Source of the DNA: Psammoneis japonica
Lineage: Eukaryota
Direction: 5' to 3'
Assembly: GCA_008632985.1 (NCBI GenBank)
Contig: QPGO01000063.1
Coordinates: forward strand, 310,001 to 374,000
DNA: 64,000 nt
Part shown: positions 35,341 through 49,516 of the stretch, one piece after another
Layout: each line of letters opens with the position of its first letter
Numbering within the stretch: position 1 is the stretch's first letter
Position numbers and translations under genes: made by a program
Notes under the pieces: generated by a model
Told to the model about the DNA's origin: nothing
What the model saw: only the letters and a program-made list of their open reading frames with translations
Databases searched by the model: none

Positions 35341-38300
35341 CTACAAAAAATGAGCCGCATGAACTTCCATGTCCTGAAGTTCCTCTACGTAGGTCCTTCC
35401 CATCCCAGATGTCGCCATACCACCACTAAAACTCAAAGGAGCCCCAGTGGTTGCATCCACGGCCAACACGGTGTACCGAAGCTCACAGGTCAAGATTGCT
35501 GTCCCGTCGATTCGTTGTGGGGCGGCTGTCAAGGCACACCAGGCACACCCGGTAGAATTAAACGGAAGCGCCTTGAGTGGTACCTGCAAAGTCGGCTGAA
35601 TCGCTTCTTCCGAAGACTCAGCGACAACAAACGCGACATCACCCAAAGTCCTTCCTTCAATTGCCAAGGCTGAATTTGTAATCTTTGCTTGAATCACGAG
35701 ATGGCGAGCAAAGAAATGCTTGACAATCATCACCTCGGGAAAGGTCGGAGACGCAGAGTTCGCCGGTCGGGCTCTAAAAGCTTTGGAGGAATGAAGCGGT
35801 TCTCCCAAGTTGAGTGAACGGAGGGCAGGGACAGCGTGAAGACTTGACTGTGATTTGATCTGTGCGTCAGTGAGCTGTCTCTTTAGCGACACATATTTTG
35901 CTCTCAAGAGCGCAGCAGTAACAGTCAAACGGCGAACCTGAGATTCACTGTCAACCAGTGCCGGAATCAGAAATGGCCTTGCTACAGCAGAGACTGGGAC
36001 ATGATGAGGCAACAAGCGAAGAGCAGCCGCCCTATCGATTGAGCTTCGTCGAAGAGCCAGGACCTGAATGGCAGCAGTGATTCCCCGTTCCGTATCTGGA
36101 TCAGACTGCAGGGCCACGCGGACGAGCGGCAGATATGCACAGCTAGCTTGTTCCGGTGGCGCAACACCACCCCTCTTGTTCTTCTCGATTTCATTCCGCG
36201 CACGCTGGTACTCGTATCGAGCGTCACAGTATTCCAAAGCTAAGTCCAGGCTCCGCAAGTCACAGTATAAAATCCGCAAAGCATCGTCGTGTCGATCGAG
36301 CCGACCCAAAAGCAACGCATGCTCTTGCAAGAATGAGGATGGTAATGAAGCAAGCAGGCGTTCAGAATGCACCATTGTGTTTGGCCAGCGCAAAAGTCGT
36401 CGCAGCTTTCCCCTATATAATTGACCCAGTTCAGTATCTGTGTCATTGTCTTCGTCACCACGCTCTGCAATAATGCCTTCGAGGAGCAAGTAGGACAACT
36501 CATCATGCAAATTAGCAATTCGTTCCTCAAAGCCCTCGTCTCGTGGGAGATTATCAAACACGTCTTCTGTCGATGGTCGACCTGTCGAAATCCCAATCGC
36601 TGATTCCATGTATGTAACGGCCAATGCCCTGCCCGATTCGAGCGGGAGTGGAGCGAGTCCTTCGGTTAGTGGTTTGGCATCATCACCATTGTCCTTCATG
36701 GACACTGGCGTGTCTGGAGCTTCGTACGGAACTGCAGGTTTCACACTCTTCAACAGCTCCACCACTTGCATTGGATACGATGGATGAGCCAATGGATCGT
36801 CTCGGGCAGGCATGGACTTCCACTGACCTTCATTCTGAGGGTGCATGGCTGTAAAGACGCTAAGCCCCAACCTGGGATTGCTTTCCAATAAACGTCGCGT
36901 TGCACTTGACTGCAACACCAGTCGACAGCCCTGATCTTCGCGGCTAGCCCAAATCTCGCTTAAATGTGTCGCTGTATAGGACTCGTACTTGATTTGCGAC
37001 CAAGCTCCACCAAAGGAGCGACCATCATCATTGCTCGACTCCTGATGGAATCGATCGTGCAATTCTTCAATAGCCCGCTCGTGCCGGCCGCATGCCGGAG
37101 CAACCAAATGGCAGCCTCTGTAAACTCCGTACCCGGCGTGCTGGTCGCCGCCTTGTGACTGGGTGTAACGGGAGTCGGCGACGAGACGGCCAAGAGCGAA
37201 AAGCTATGCGCAGCCTCCTTTAACAATTTGTCAGCCACTTTTTCGCACACCGTGACAGCCGGCATGCCAACGGTGGAGCCGGCAAAGGCAACGCCCACTT
37301 TGGAACAAGAAGCCACGGCGGCGCGGTTGGCCAAGGCCGAGTTGGGTGGAGTCAATTGAGAACAAACAAGACACAGGAGCGCTGTTCCAGACACCAAGGT
37401 GGCAGGCGACGTCGAGGATGCCACCAAGGACGAGGAGTCTTGCCCCGACGACGATGTCGCGGTTGCGGTACGTCCAGCTTCATCAAAGGCTCCGTAGTGA
37501 CCGCCATCCTTTACTACAACAGCAGCAACCGTCTCGGTAAGCCAACCGGATGTGGCTCCGTTTTCAAAATCTGCCAAACCCAACACCGCCTCGAGGTATT
37601 GACGCAAGAGCGCTCGTGACGCAGCCGTTGGTTCGGGGCCCACGTACGATGTCGACGTGAAGGATGCATTGACCGCCTCGGCCAGCTCGGACCGAGGAAA
37701 TCCGTTCGAACCAAACGCATCAATGGCGAGCCTCATCATTCGATCCGCAAGATCCTAAATGCACATAGAACAAAGAGTTTCAGGAACAGCAAACAATCAG
37801 ACACACTGCAATATACTTCCAAACACACCTGAGCTGTATCGGGCTGACACTGGAGAATCTTGGCCTCTCCCGAGTGAGACGCGGCAATCAACCACGGTTG
37901 TTGCAACGTGGAATGACCGGTTGGTTCAACATCGTGCAAGGACCGCAATACAAAATAGTCATTGGGCCGCGTCCCCACTTCCACAGTCCGCAGTGGAATT
38001 GCCATGCACGAGGGTGACCGAATGGAAATCAAACCATCGCTCGTCAACACCGCCACCCACGGCCACGACGGTGCCGCTGCCAAAATGGGACTCGCCAACG
38101 TGACGGACCCGTGACGGGGAGGACCACACGAGACACTGCCGCCACCGCCAAGCGGCGTGGCATGGTACAAGACATCCACTACAGCACACTCTCGACCACT
38201 GGCGACAAACATACAAGACCATCCCGGATCTAACGATTGGTCCAAGACATCTACAACCAAAACGGGATGAACTTGTGATGATTGGGCGAAGGAAATTAGC

Positions 38301-39172
38301 TTGGCGGTTGCGTCTTTTTCACGCTTGTGCACATGTTGTGACGACGATCCCTCTGCAGCTTCGGTTGAGGAGTTAGTTTGTTCCGACAAGGACCCGGCAA
38401 TGGCATAGATGGAATTTGCCACAGCCACCACCACCACTTGTCCACCACAGGTGATTTGCATGGCATCCTGACCACTGCGACATCCCGGAGACGGCAACGT
38501 AATTTGATCAAAGGAAACATGTCGTTTGCGTCGTTTGGTGGCGCCGGCTTCTTCCAAAATCTCGGGAGCAAGTGTTGCCAAATTCCAACCCGCTGCATAG
38601 ACTAAACCACACTTGGGGTGATAGGCTGCACACGACATGCGTGGCAAGGACGTTCCGCTACCAATGGTAGTAAAATTGCCGTGTCGTAAGGATACCAAGT
38701 GCGCTGCAAAGGATCCTGATGATTTCGTCGTTGCGTCTCGACCGCTGTCCACCAAAAGTAAAAACAGTGGATGACTTGCTGTTGCTGTAGAAACGTAAAT
38801 GACCGCCACAATCGATCCCGGTGTAGCGGCTTGAAGGTCTACCGGTAAATAGCTCTTGGGTATGTTTCGATTGGACGAAGTTGATGAAGGCATTCCCAGC
38901 GCTTGTTGTGGTTGATTCCAAGCCGCCGATCGGCTGAGCGAATGCGACCGTCGTTCCGGAGGAGCGTAGGTGCGGTAGTGCAACGAGCCACGTTCTGTTC
39001 CATAGACGACGCTGTGTTGCAAAGAACGACTCGAGGCCGAGGCGGCATCAAAGGGATTGGTCGAGGACGATGCATCGGCTGACGGGCCGTAGGCAGAGTT
39101 TGGTGCGGCAAACACACAGAGCGACTGCGGAGAAGCCGAGGCACGCAAGTCCCATGTTGCTTCAATCGACAT
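35341..39172 (-). CDS. Vps39/TGFBRAP1-like vesicle tethering protein (intron 37755-37828; 1-bp frameshift near 37095)
   Basis: ALLLGRLDRHDDALRILYCDLRSLDLALEYC clathrin-repeat-like motif. Three ORFs join via a GT-AG intron and a missing G in EAAIWLLR|ACGRHERAIE. Confidence 0.7.
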
Positions 39173-39899
39173 TTTGTTTCTGTGACTTGCAAGTATATAT
39201 GCAAGAAGTTGATGCGCTGCTATTGCTGCATTTCAAAAGCGTAGCAACGTTCTTAGCTAGACGGGAATGTTATTGTGATGCTCGTTCTGCAAAGATCGGG
39301 GATGTGTGCGAGGTTGAATAAGAGTAATTCAGGATTTGATTAATGAATAAATTCTTGTTAGAATAGAAAATTTAGTGAAGAAATTTTGCGTTTTCTTATT
39401 TACCGTATCCACATGTCCACTCCAAAATTTTTCCAGTCGCAGCAACAACCACAACAGCACCATCAACCGATGCATTTTGCACAACTCTTGCATGCACAAC
39501 AAGAGTTGCAAAAGGGGCGGGGGCCTGTTCAAAGTGCACAACCGGGCGTCGAGAGGGAATGTATTCTCAACGCAGCTCTTCGCCACAGCATCATCTTGTG
39601 AAAGACAAACGCCGTTCTCCTCGCGGAATCCGATCGTGCTTCACTTTTTCATCACAGGTGATGTTGATTACTTATCTAGGTATATAGATAAGGATGTACA
39701 ATATAAAGAGATTCTTTATGAGTACAGTCATGACATGCAACAACAGTGAAAACGGATTGGAGTGTTTGCCCACCCAAATCGCGCATCTTTCGCCGCATCT
39801 TAGATGCAAAATTTTACAGTCAGCGGCAATCCATGCGCGCCATGTCAGCGCCGTCTTTTTCAGCTGACACATGAGAGCAACACGCACTGCCTTTGCTTC

Positions 39900-42800
39900 T
39901 TCACCAAAACCTGCACGGTGCAGCTGGAAGAACCAACAAAGAAAGGAAAAAGATGCAACAAAAGTGGTGGCATGGACATGCCACAAGGTTGCTTTGCCAC
40001 GATGTGGCTCCGCAGAGAAGGGCTCTCGTCAAAGGTCGCAGCAGCAGCAGCGGCAGCAGCGCCCCTGGGTCATGCTGCCCTTCCGCTCAGGGGGCGAGTG
40101 TTGTTTTTTAAAACTTCTCATGTGGTGGGTTGTCCACCAGCTGACAAATCCCCTCTTCTTGCACTTTCATTTCAAAGCTTGGGTCAACGTTGCCCAGTGT
40201 TGTCACTCCGGTGCCACAAAGCGAACTCCCTTGAGCTTGCGCACATTGTGGACGACCAATTTAAAAATGACAAACCGCAAGAGCTGTCTCCCCAAATCCC
40301 TGTGTGCAACTTTTCTCTTCAGCTGCAGCAGGACTTGTTTGATGACTCTCTTTTTGCAAATCTTTCCAATCTTGATGTTTCTCCAGAGTCGCGCTGCTCT
40401 CAGGTCCTCTCCAGCGAGTGCACGCTGGACGAAAATGGTGACTGGCAACTTTGTGATGACACAGAAATGAAGGACAGAGAAGCTTGCAGCAACAGTTTGC
40501 ACAGCTGTTGTGCTCTCGCTCTCCCAGGATCTTTTCATGTGTTTGTTGTGTGCACTGTGCCCACAAAACTGGGAAAGGACAGGTTGCACCTCATTCGACA
40601 GAGCCACTTGTTTTCTCCATGACTCTCATCAAAGCAGGTGCCTGCAGGCATTTTGAAGCATGGCACCCTCTTTGCTTTGTTTCAAAATTCACTGGCTGCA
40701 AAACAAAAAACACTGTTTTGGGGACAAACATCAGAAACTGTTGCTGCGCTCCATCTGTCATTCTCGCGTCCGCAATTGAAGTGTGCAAGAATTGCCGCCA
40801 ATGTGCCGAGTCCAACCAGGAGATCAGTGCTGTCTCAAGCATGTGGTTGTCAACAGCATCACTTCAATGGCAATGCTGTTTGCACAGCACAAGTCACCAA
40901 CCATGTTTTGGGATGTGAAAACACCTGCTGCATTGGCGATGCTTGTCACATGTCCTGGACATGCAGCAACGAACTGCTGCATTGCTGCAAGTTTTTTCTC
41001 AGGAAGTGATGGAGTGTCTCGCCATTGCAGCCCTTGGACCACCACCCAGTTCCACCAACAGTGCATGGCATTTGTGCATTGAGTCAAAAATGCACACAGG
41101 GATTTCCAAGTCAAAAGCCAAATCAATTCATTCCATGGCAGCATGCAGCACTGTTGTTCAGCGCATGAAGATTTGTGCCCCCACACACTTCACAAGGCAT
41201 TTGGCTGACACATGGTGGACAACACATTCTTTCCTCTGTGGATGGGCAATGACAGTGAGGGGGGTGTTTTTGGTTCTGCACTCCCCAACCCAATGCATGT
41301 TTTCCAAGGCAACACAGTTTCTCAAATGCTCTCCGTCATTGTTGATGATTTGCCTGACTCTGCCAAAGGCCAACCAAATGATTTGGTCAATTGCACATTT
41401 GGATCTCAGTGGTGCAGACCAGGGCAGAGTTCTGACTTTCCACTGGTCATCCTGCACAATGGTTTTTGCACCTTGTCTGGTTTGACCTGTGACCAAAAGA
41501 TGGGGAAGCTGTTTGTGCTTGCACTGATGGGTCAGACTGAGGAGGGACACAGCACACTCTGCCGTCTTTATTGCCATCCTCATTTTGACAGGAAAAAAAA
41601 AAAGCTGGCCTCCCAGTTCAACAAAGATCCTCCTGAAAACAACTGCAATTACAAAGACAAAGACAACAATGGTCGTGCACATGAAGAAGGGGAAAAAGAA
41701 GCCAACAATCCTGATGAGGCCATCCAAGATGACAACAAGTCTGCCTGTGAATCCAACAATCACCAACAAAATCCACATGAGGACAAAGAAGAGAATGGCG
41801 CAGATGAAGAATCTCCCTTGGCCACCTCCACAGATGGATCTTCTTTCTCTAATTTGAACAAGCCCCGTGTGAACAAAGAATGTGATCCTGCCAACCCCAT
41901 TTACAACAAATTCCTGGAGAATCAATGTTGCCATCATGGCTTGTTGCACATTTGTCCTTGCACTTCAGAGCTGGCCACCACTCAAGCCCACTTGTGCCAT
42001 GACATTGTGTGGATCCAAACAAGAAATGTCAACCTTGACCTGCAACTCTGCACTCCCAATGAAAAGGGTTTTTTCCGTCACTGAAAGCGTGAGACGACAT
42101 GCAGACTGACGTCCGAACCTTCACTCACAGGCAACTGACCATGACCAATGGTTTCTTTGCTCTGACATTGAAAAAGACTTGCCTCTTTCATTCTGCAACA
42201 GACCAAACAGCATGGACCTCCAGCCTGTGTGTTGTTCAGCAGACTGTGATGATGTGGAGCATCTGTTGCTGTTGCTCAACAAGCTGTTGTTGTTCCACTC
42301 CTCTCACAGCTGCAGTTCTGCCTCACTCACATGCACCAATTAAGTTGATCTCAAATGCCACCTTGTTCTTCTAATGTTTGAGCTGTGCAGCCTGATCAAT
42401 CATGTTGAGGGCATGCATGGGTGGAAAACTTCAAAATTCCACAATCTGCTTCACTTGATTGTTGCTCTTTGTTGCTTGGGCATCTTCTCTGGATGGGATG
42501 CTGCCACTGCTGAATTTGGTCTTAAGAAATGGGCTGAGCTTCCAAGCTGCACATGCCAAGCCTCACATGGTGAAGAGGAGTTCACTCATCAGCTTGCCAG
42601 CCAACTGCACGGGCAGACTCTGTTCATTGGCCATGCCAATGGAACAAATGCATTGCAGCCAAGTTCAAAATTACATGATGACTTGGCTCATGCACTTTTG
42701 CAGTCAACCACATTGAAAAAACCTGCTGCAAATGCACAGGGAACTTAGAGTTAAAAGGGATCAAAGAGCCTGCTTGGAGGAGGATGTTGTTGAGTTTTTG

Positions 42801-43340
42801 TGCCAATGAAGCCAGTGGGGCACAAAGCGGAGGCATGTTGTAGTGCACTCTGAGTTGAGTCTAAAGGCAGAACACAACTTGTGATTCTGTGCCCATCTGA
42901 ATTGCCACAAGGCTGGGCAATGGAATGACTTTGCTTGGGTTGCATGCTGAAACAATGATGGAATGGATGCCTCAATCCCAATGCAACTGCATGGGTTTCT
43001 TCTGAGTGACAATGGAGAAGAGGTTGTGGCATTTGAATGAACATGCAAAACACAAAGTGAGGAGGAAAAGAAAAGTGCCAAGAATGCTTTGTTGCAGCAT
43101 TGGTGAATGGAGGGCATGTCACCAAAAAATGAACCTTTTGCTGTTCTAAAAAAACATGCTTGTTGGTGGTGGGTTCAGCACAGTCTTGCTGAAGACAGTG
43201 CTGATGGACAATCAGAAGAAAGGAAAGAAAGGTCACAAAAAAAGCACAGTGGACAGCAGAAAGTTGCCAATTTGTCTTTGTCAGGCACTGTGTTGCACAG
43301 TGTGAGTTGTCAGACAAAAAGACATTGTTTGTCATGGACA
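39900..43340 (+). mobile_element. Degenerate Plavaka-like transposase
   Basis: KTGKGQ..STEPLVFS...AWHPLCFV, GWKTSKFHNLLHL...WDAATAEFGLKKWAELP, and FCAHLNCHKAGQWNDFAWV (about 42885-42940; RAHPNY..G.WYD-like). Confidence 0.6.
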
Positions 43341-43499
43341 TGAAGGATGAGTGGCTGGAAATCTTTTTTGATGGTCGTTTGCACTCTGCAGGCAGGAGTG
43401 TGTGCAAAGTGTGACAAATTGTTCAAAATGTTGTTCGTCCAGTCACATGATCTTTCCAAATTTTGCCAAAAATTCTTTTCAGAAACTCTCCAAGTTGGA

Positions 43500-46400
43500 G
43501 TGCAACCACACACTCTCTGGATCCATTGTGTGGTTGCATTTTGCAATGAGTTCCTTCAGCTTGCACCATTTGTTGACTGAAAAGAACTTGATTCCATTTT
43601 TGAATCTGTGTGTCCTTGCTGTGGCAGTGCACAACTCCTTGTGTCACATGGGCAAGAAGATTGTGCCATCTCCGTGCAAAAAAAAAAAAAAAGGTCCTCT
43701 TTGAGACCATGATTCTTCAAACAATGCAGGCAGCAAGATGGCTGGTCCATGCAGGCCATGGATGCCAACATTTTGTTTGCACGCATTGCTCTCCGTGCAT
43801 CTTCACACATTTTCTGAGCATCAGCGATGTCGACACTGCTGCCCAATTCAATGGAGCTAATGTTCACTGTGGCTCCAACCAGGCAGCAACAGAAACCATT
43901 CTTTTCATCTTCATTTAAAGCATCACAAGCAGTGTTCTCTGCCAGACAATCTCCAAGGCAGCCAAAAAGTTGGACATGCACAGTGCCTTGCATGCTGCCC
44001 AGCTGAACTGATTTCCCAGTTTCTTCCGGCAAATCCATTTCCTTTTGTTTGGTTGCATTTGTTGTCAATTGATGAGCTGTGTCCTTCTCTTGCTCTGTCA
44101 AGTTTGGGTCATGCAGAACATGGTCTTGCTCCTCCAAAAGCGAACTGAATGATGTGGGTGGTCCTTTGTCTTGGGGCTGCTGTTGCACAGGCTTTTGTCA
44201 CAGTTCTGCCACCTGGGATGGAAGGAACTCACTCCCAGCATTGGAAGTCTGTTGGGAGGAACTGTGAACTTTGTCAGGGTTTCCCCCACATTTGACTTCT
44301 TTCACCATTTGCAGCAGGCACTTGCACAACTTGCCTCCACATTCTCTGACAAAGCAAAGATGACACTTGCCTTTGCGGGCATGGATGTTGCAGTTGGCAC
44401 TGTCCTCATGAGAAGTGGAGTGCCATTGAACTCCATTGACACAAATGCTTTGTGCTCTGTTGCATGTCACAAATTTACTTTTCCATCACAGGAATCACAA
44501 AAGAGGATCCAGCACAGCCACGCCATGCACTTGAGCATGATGGATTGAGTCTTGCCCTCTTTCATCATAGTGCACATTCCCTCACTGCAATCTGCCATTG
44601 CATTCATGTCCACCGTGGATGGCATCTTTTGTGTTGCATCAGAAATTTCTTCCTTGTTGCACAGAGTGTGCAGATCAATCATCTTCAAGTGTTCCTTCAG
44701 CACCTTTGTGAGTGACTCAGCATGAGGGCAGTCTACATTTAACTCCAGCTCATTCAACCAGCTGTCCACAATCCACCGTGTGTGTGTGCCAAGTGGGCAA
44801 AGTGTCTGTTTGCAACTGGCACAGATTTCTTGACCAGCTTGGTGATGTTCTTTTCTGAAAGATGCAGTGTCCAGTCTTTGACCAAAAAGGAGGGTGGCCG
44901 TGATGTGATTGTGATTCTTTTCTTTTCCATTGCTTGCATCTAAATGAAAAGTGGCAGCACCTGTCAGCAAAGTGGTGTGTGCATGGAACTCCCTGAGAGC
45001 AGCCCACAGTTCGTTGGGGCAGTTCAGCCATTTTTTGCATTTCTCAGAGACCTTGCATCTCATGGCATTTGTTGCACCCTGCTGCGATGTTGGTGTTCCA
45101 TCCAGCATTCCTTTGCAAACACCATGGACAACCATTGCAGACAGCTGCAGTGCCCACTGCCGCATGTGGGCAGAAGCTTGGTTGGGTGCTCCTGGAGGAC
45201 AGCATGGCATGGCCACTCCAATGCCACCACTTCTGATCCATTTCCCCCAGGCCATGTTGATGCCAGTGTCAATGGAGCAGAACTTTCTGCATTTGTCTGC
45301 TTTGGAAAGGGTGACAAACTCACCCCCCCAAGACCATTTCACAAACCATTCTCAATGGTGCTGGAGGTTTGGGATGGCAGGTCTCATCCTGCAATTTGCT
45401 TTGGCAGTTGCAGCATTTGAAATGCGTGTCTGCTGTCATTGTCAGCATTGATGCCCACCCACTGCATTGTTTTCATTGATGACAATGGGGTCGTGGGGCT
45501 GCAATCCTGAGTGCGGATGATTGCAAGCATTTGACAGCACACAAACATCACCATGTGGGTCCAAATCCAGATTTGTTGCCAACTCCATTCCCGTTGCTGC
45601 ATGCCAGTTTGTGTCAGCAAAGATGGAGCTGCGTTTGAATCTGGCACCCTTCCTTTTTCTCAACAAACAACAACTGGTCTTTCCAGGATTTTTTGATCTT
45701 GTTCAAATTCATCAGATCAAAGTCTGGAAACAACTGTGCTTGTGTTTTGTTGATGTCCATTGGGGACAACAAGGCAGTTCCCCAGTGCTTGCTGTTTTTG
45801 CCATTCAGAGAGTCCAAAGGTTGATGCTTGTCCACCCAACCATTGAAATTTTTCTCCTTGACAGGTTGGCTTTGTTCTTTTCCCTTGTCTTTCACTGGGT
45901 TTTACCACAGAGACAGCCACAGTTAGCATCTGGTGCCTCCAAGGCTTTGTCTGGAATGGGGTCAGCATCTGCAAGAGACTTGGTGGTCCGTGCCTTGTGC
46001 AGTGGGCATTTGACTGCACATGGGACAGACAGCACAGCTTTCCAGATGTCCACACAAACATTGCATGCAAATCTTGCTGCCAATGCTCTCATCCAGTCTC
46101 ATGCAGTTGGCAACCTCACAAGCACCATCATCAGGTGACTTCTTCCATGTGCAATGAGTGCAATGAAACTTGTTTTGCCCATGTTGGCAGGACAAGTTCC
46201 AACCAGTTTGTGTTTGTTGTCACACACCACCCCTTTCATCTGAAAACAATCAGTGGACAAATGGTCAGAATCAGCTGATGACAACAGCAAGGTGACAAGT
46301 GTGCAAATGTGAGCCAACCTCTGACAACGTAAATCCAAATTTTTCGCTCTGGTGGAAGATGTCTCCTTCCTTTCCATGGGGTTCCAGTGGCAGCACCACT

Positions 46401-49400
46401 TTTGGATAAAAGAGAGGCATTTCATCCTCCCATTGATCTTGGCACAGGTGTCTGACAATTGAGACTTTGCCAACCACTTGCCAGTTTTCAAACAATTCCT
46501 TGGCAACCTGCAAGTTCATTGGCAAATGGACATTTCCAATGTCTGACAGCTTTTGACAGAATCGGGTCAAGGATTGAAGAAAGAATTTGTCAAAATCCTG
46601 CAATTGAAACAACCATTGTGCATGCAGACAATGTCCATTGAGATGGAGTTGCAGATGCATTAATTGGCAGTCCAGTTCTTTACAGTGTGGACATTGAAAC
46701 TGGCCTTGACTGGCACTTTACAACATGCCATGTCTCAACGATCCTGAATGCATTCATCAGTGGTCATGTCACCAAACACGGCGCCAATGACCAATGCATT
46801 TTTGGTGACATTGGTTTGTTCCTCTCTAGCAAAGATTTTTGCACCCTCTGCCAGAGCATTGCAAAGCCCACTCAATTCTTGCAAGTGACCAAAATCATGG
46901 TTGTCCAACTCTGCTTGATTGGAAAAGAGGGGTTCATCATAACAGATGTTTCCCAACTCTTCTCCTGGCATTTGTTGGACAGCATCATTGCTGATGGAAG
47001 CTGTGCCATCACAACCACTGACATTGTCTGGGACAGTGTCATCAACAGCAGCACCTTCACTGCCCCAGGTGCTTTGTTTGCCCTCATCAGCAGTGCTGCA
47101 GAATGGCAAGGCATGAGACAAGCTTCCTTTCCCAAACCAATCTAAATGGGAGCAAAGCTCTGCAGACATCTCATTGGGTGATTCAACCAACAGTCCTTCC
47201 ACACAAGAACCAACCAGAAGAACAGCCCATCTCTTCAGTGGATCCACACTTTTCCTCCCTGTCTGGATCATGGCCACTCTTCCTTTTGCAACGTGGAGCA
47301 GATCTCCTTGCACTTGCCTCTCTCAGTTTGGATGCCTGTGATGACAATTTGTCTGCCACCTGCCACCACAATGCAAATGACCGACATTGATTTGGGAAAC
47401 AAAAGGAATGCTGACAGAGTGTTCTTGGCCAAATGACCAAAGCTTGACCAGCAGGAAGTGTGCTGAGAAATCCATCCATGTCAAGTTGTTGGAAGAGATG
47501 CTGTGCATCAGTGGGAGACAATCCAACAGAAGATGCCCTTTTGCACATCAAGTTCCTCTTGCTGATGTGCTGACTGGATTGGAAACAAATGCATTGACAA
47601 GAGCTTTTGTTGTTTTCCCAATCCAGTCCAATGGGAAGGGGGGGGGGGGAGATGAGACTTTAAGTGGCAAGCAGAAAACAACAACAACATGGTGATGGGC
47701 AACAGAAGTTCCAGCATGAAGAAGGTGTGACCTGGCAAGAAGGCTGAGTGATGCAATTCTTGTGTTGTCACTGTGACATTGTGGTGTGGGACCATCCCAT
47801 GCAAGGGAGCACCTGGGACCACCAACCATGTTGCAGCACATGTGTCAATTGATGAAAAATGATCACAAACTGAAGGGTTGTCAATTTTTGTGACTGTGCA
47901 TTGAATGCAATCATAAATCAGCAAAACTCAAACAACAGAATGAAAAATGACAATTGAAATTTCGTGCACTGTTCAGTGACACAGAACACAGAAAGGTGCA
48001 GCAGTGAAGGTCATTCATTGCACACAATGAGAGACACACCAACAACATGCCTCAATCATGGCATTTGAGGATGCCACATTTTTCCAGTGGGTGAATGATG
48101 TGACTGCTGCCCCAAAACTAAAATTTTGAGTTTGGTGAAAGTCAAGACTGCAGCCCCTCTGTGGCAGCAACAAAACCACAATCCCAAAAACCAGCTGGAT
48201 GGCAAAAAAAAAACAGCTGCAGAGAACAACATCGCTGAGTCACAAGTGGAGAGATGAACAACAGCAACAGAAAAACTGTGCCCATGTCACCTGTGCTCTG
48301 CTCCTGTTTCTAGCAATGGGAAGAGCTGGGTGACCAGACATCCATGGAAAGTCTTATGGACTGCATTTTTTCTCATCTCAATGTGAAAAATCCATTGAAA
48401 ATGGATGAAGTGAACAAACAAATGAGGCTGTCACACAACATGTGCTTTGTGACAGGCAGTTGTGGATGACGATGCATGTGAGGAGAGACAGATTGACACT
48501 GGTGATCCCAGGTTTGCTTCAATGCAGAAACACAGGACTGCTGCACTCATGCGAAGGTTGCACAGAGGTCACATTGCAAATTTCATGTGCTGTTTGGTTT
48601 GCACCATGAGCTCAACAAAAGCAGGCTGTGCATTGGCTGTCAAAATTTCAATTGTTGCATCATTGTGGGATGGCTTGACTCAAACAAACACAATGCTGCA
48701 ATGCACAAATTGATGTTGTGAACTGAACCATTTGAAAATTTTGGCATTCAAAAAGAGAGCAGCAGAAAACAAGAAAGGCCAATGCCGTGCTGGCAGGTGC
48801 GATTGGCCTGTGGTCAATGCTGGAAATGTGAATTGTGGAGCGAGTCACAACACTGTGGGGACACATGAGCAAAAATGTCAGCACAAAACAATTCATCAGG
48901 TGTGGGCATTGTAGTGAGAGCAACACTGAGACAGGTGCAGGATTGACTGCCAACACAGATTGTGTCTTTGGTCACAGTTGGCAACTGTGAAATGGCAGAG
49001 ATGGGACCTCACAATGTGCAGATTGCAAAGATGTCAATTGTCAGCTCAGAGGCAGCTAAAAGGAAGTTTGTGGATGGTCAAATCACCAACTGCATCATGA
49101 TGGCAGTGCGCCCAAAGACCAAGTTTGTGACACACAACAATGTTGAGTTGACTTTTGGCGGCAAAATGCAGACGAAGGTTTGCAAACACCTCAACATGGC
49201 TGACAGTGACTGTGCAGTTTGGTGGGAACAGAGCAATGAGAAGGTGAGGAAAAGACCAAATTTGAGATGAAACAACAGACAGGAGGTTTTTAGGAAGAAG
49301 ATGGTTGGTGCACATGATGCAGGCAGCATCCAAATGTGAGGGAGAAGAATGCTCACCCATTTGTTCTTGTTTGGCCATGACCAGAGACAACAGCCTAGAA

Positions 49401-49500
49401 ACTGTCGACAATGTCAAAAAAGGCAGGGCATTTGTGGGTGCATGGAAGTGCATGCTGCAGAGATGGAAACAGCAAAATGGACAACCTGGGAGGTGCCAAA
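43500..49500. other. Eroded TpA-depleted relic, probably accessory ORFs of DNA transposons
   Basis: Protein-like fragments, mainly on the minus strand at 43556-47400, with no motif I can assign. Confidence 0.4.
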
Positions 49501-49516
49501 AGACCATTTGCTAAAT

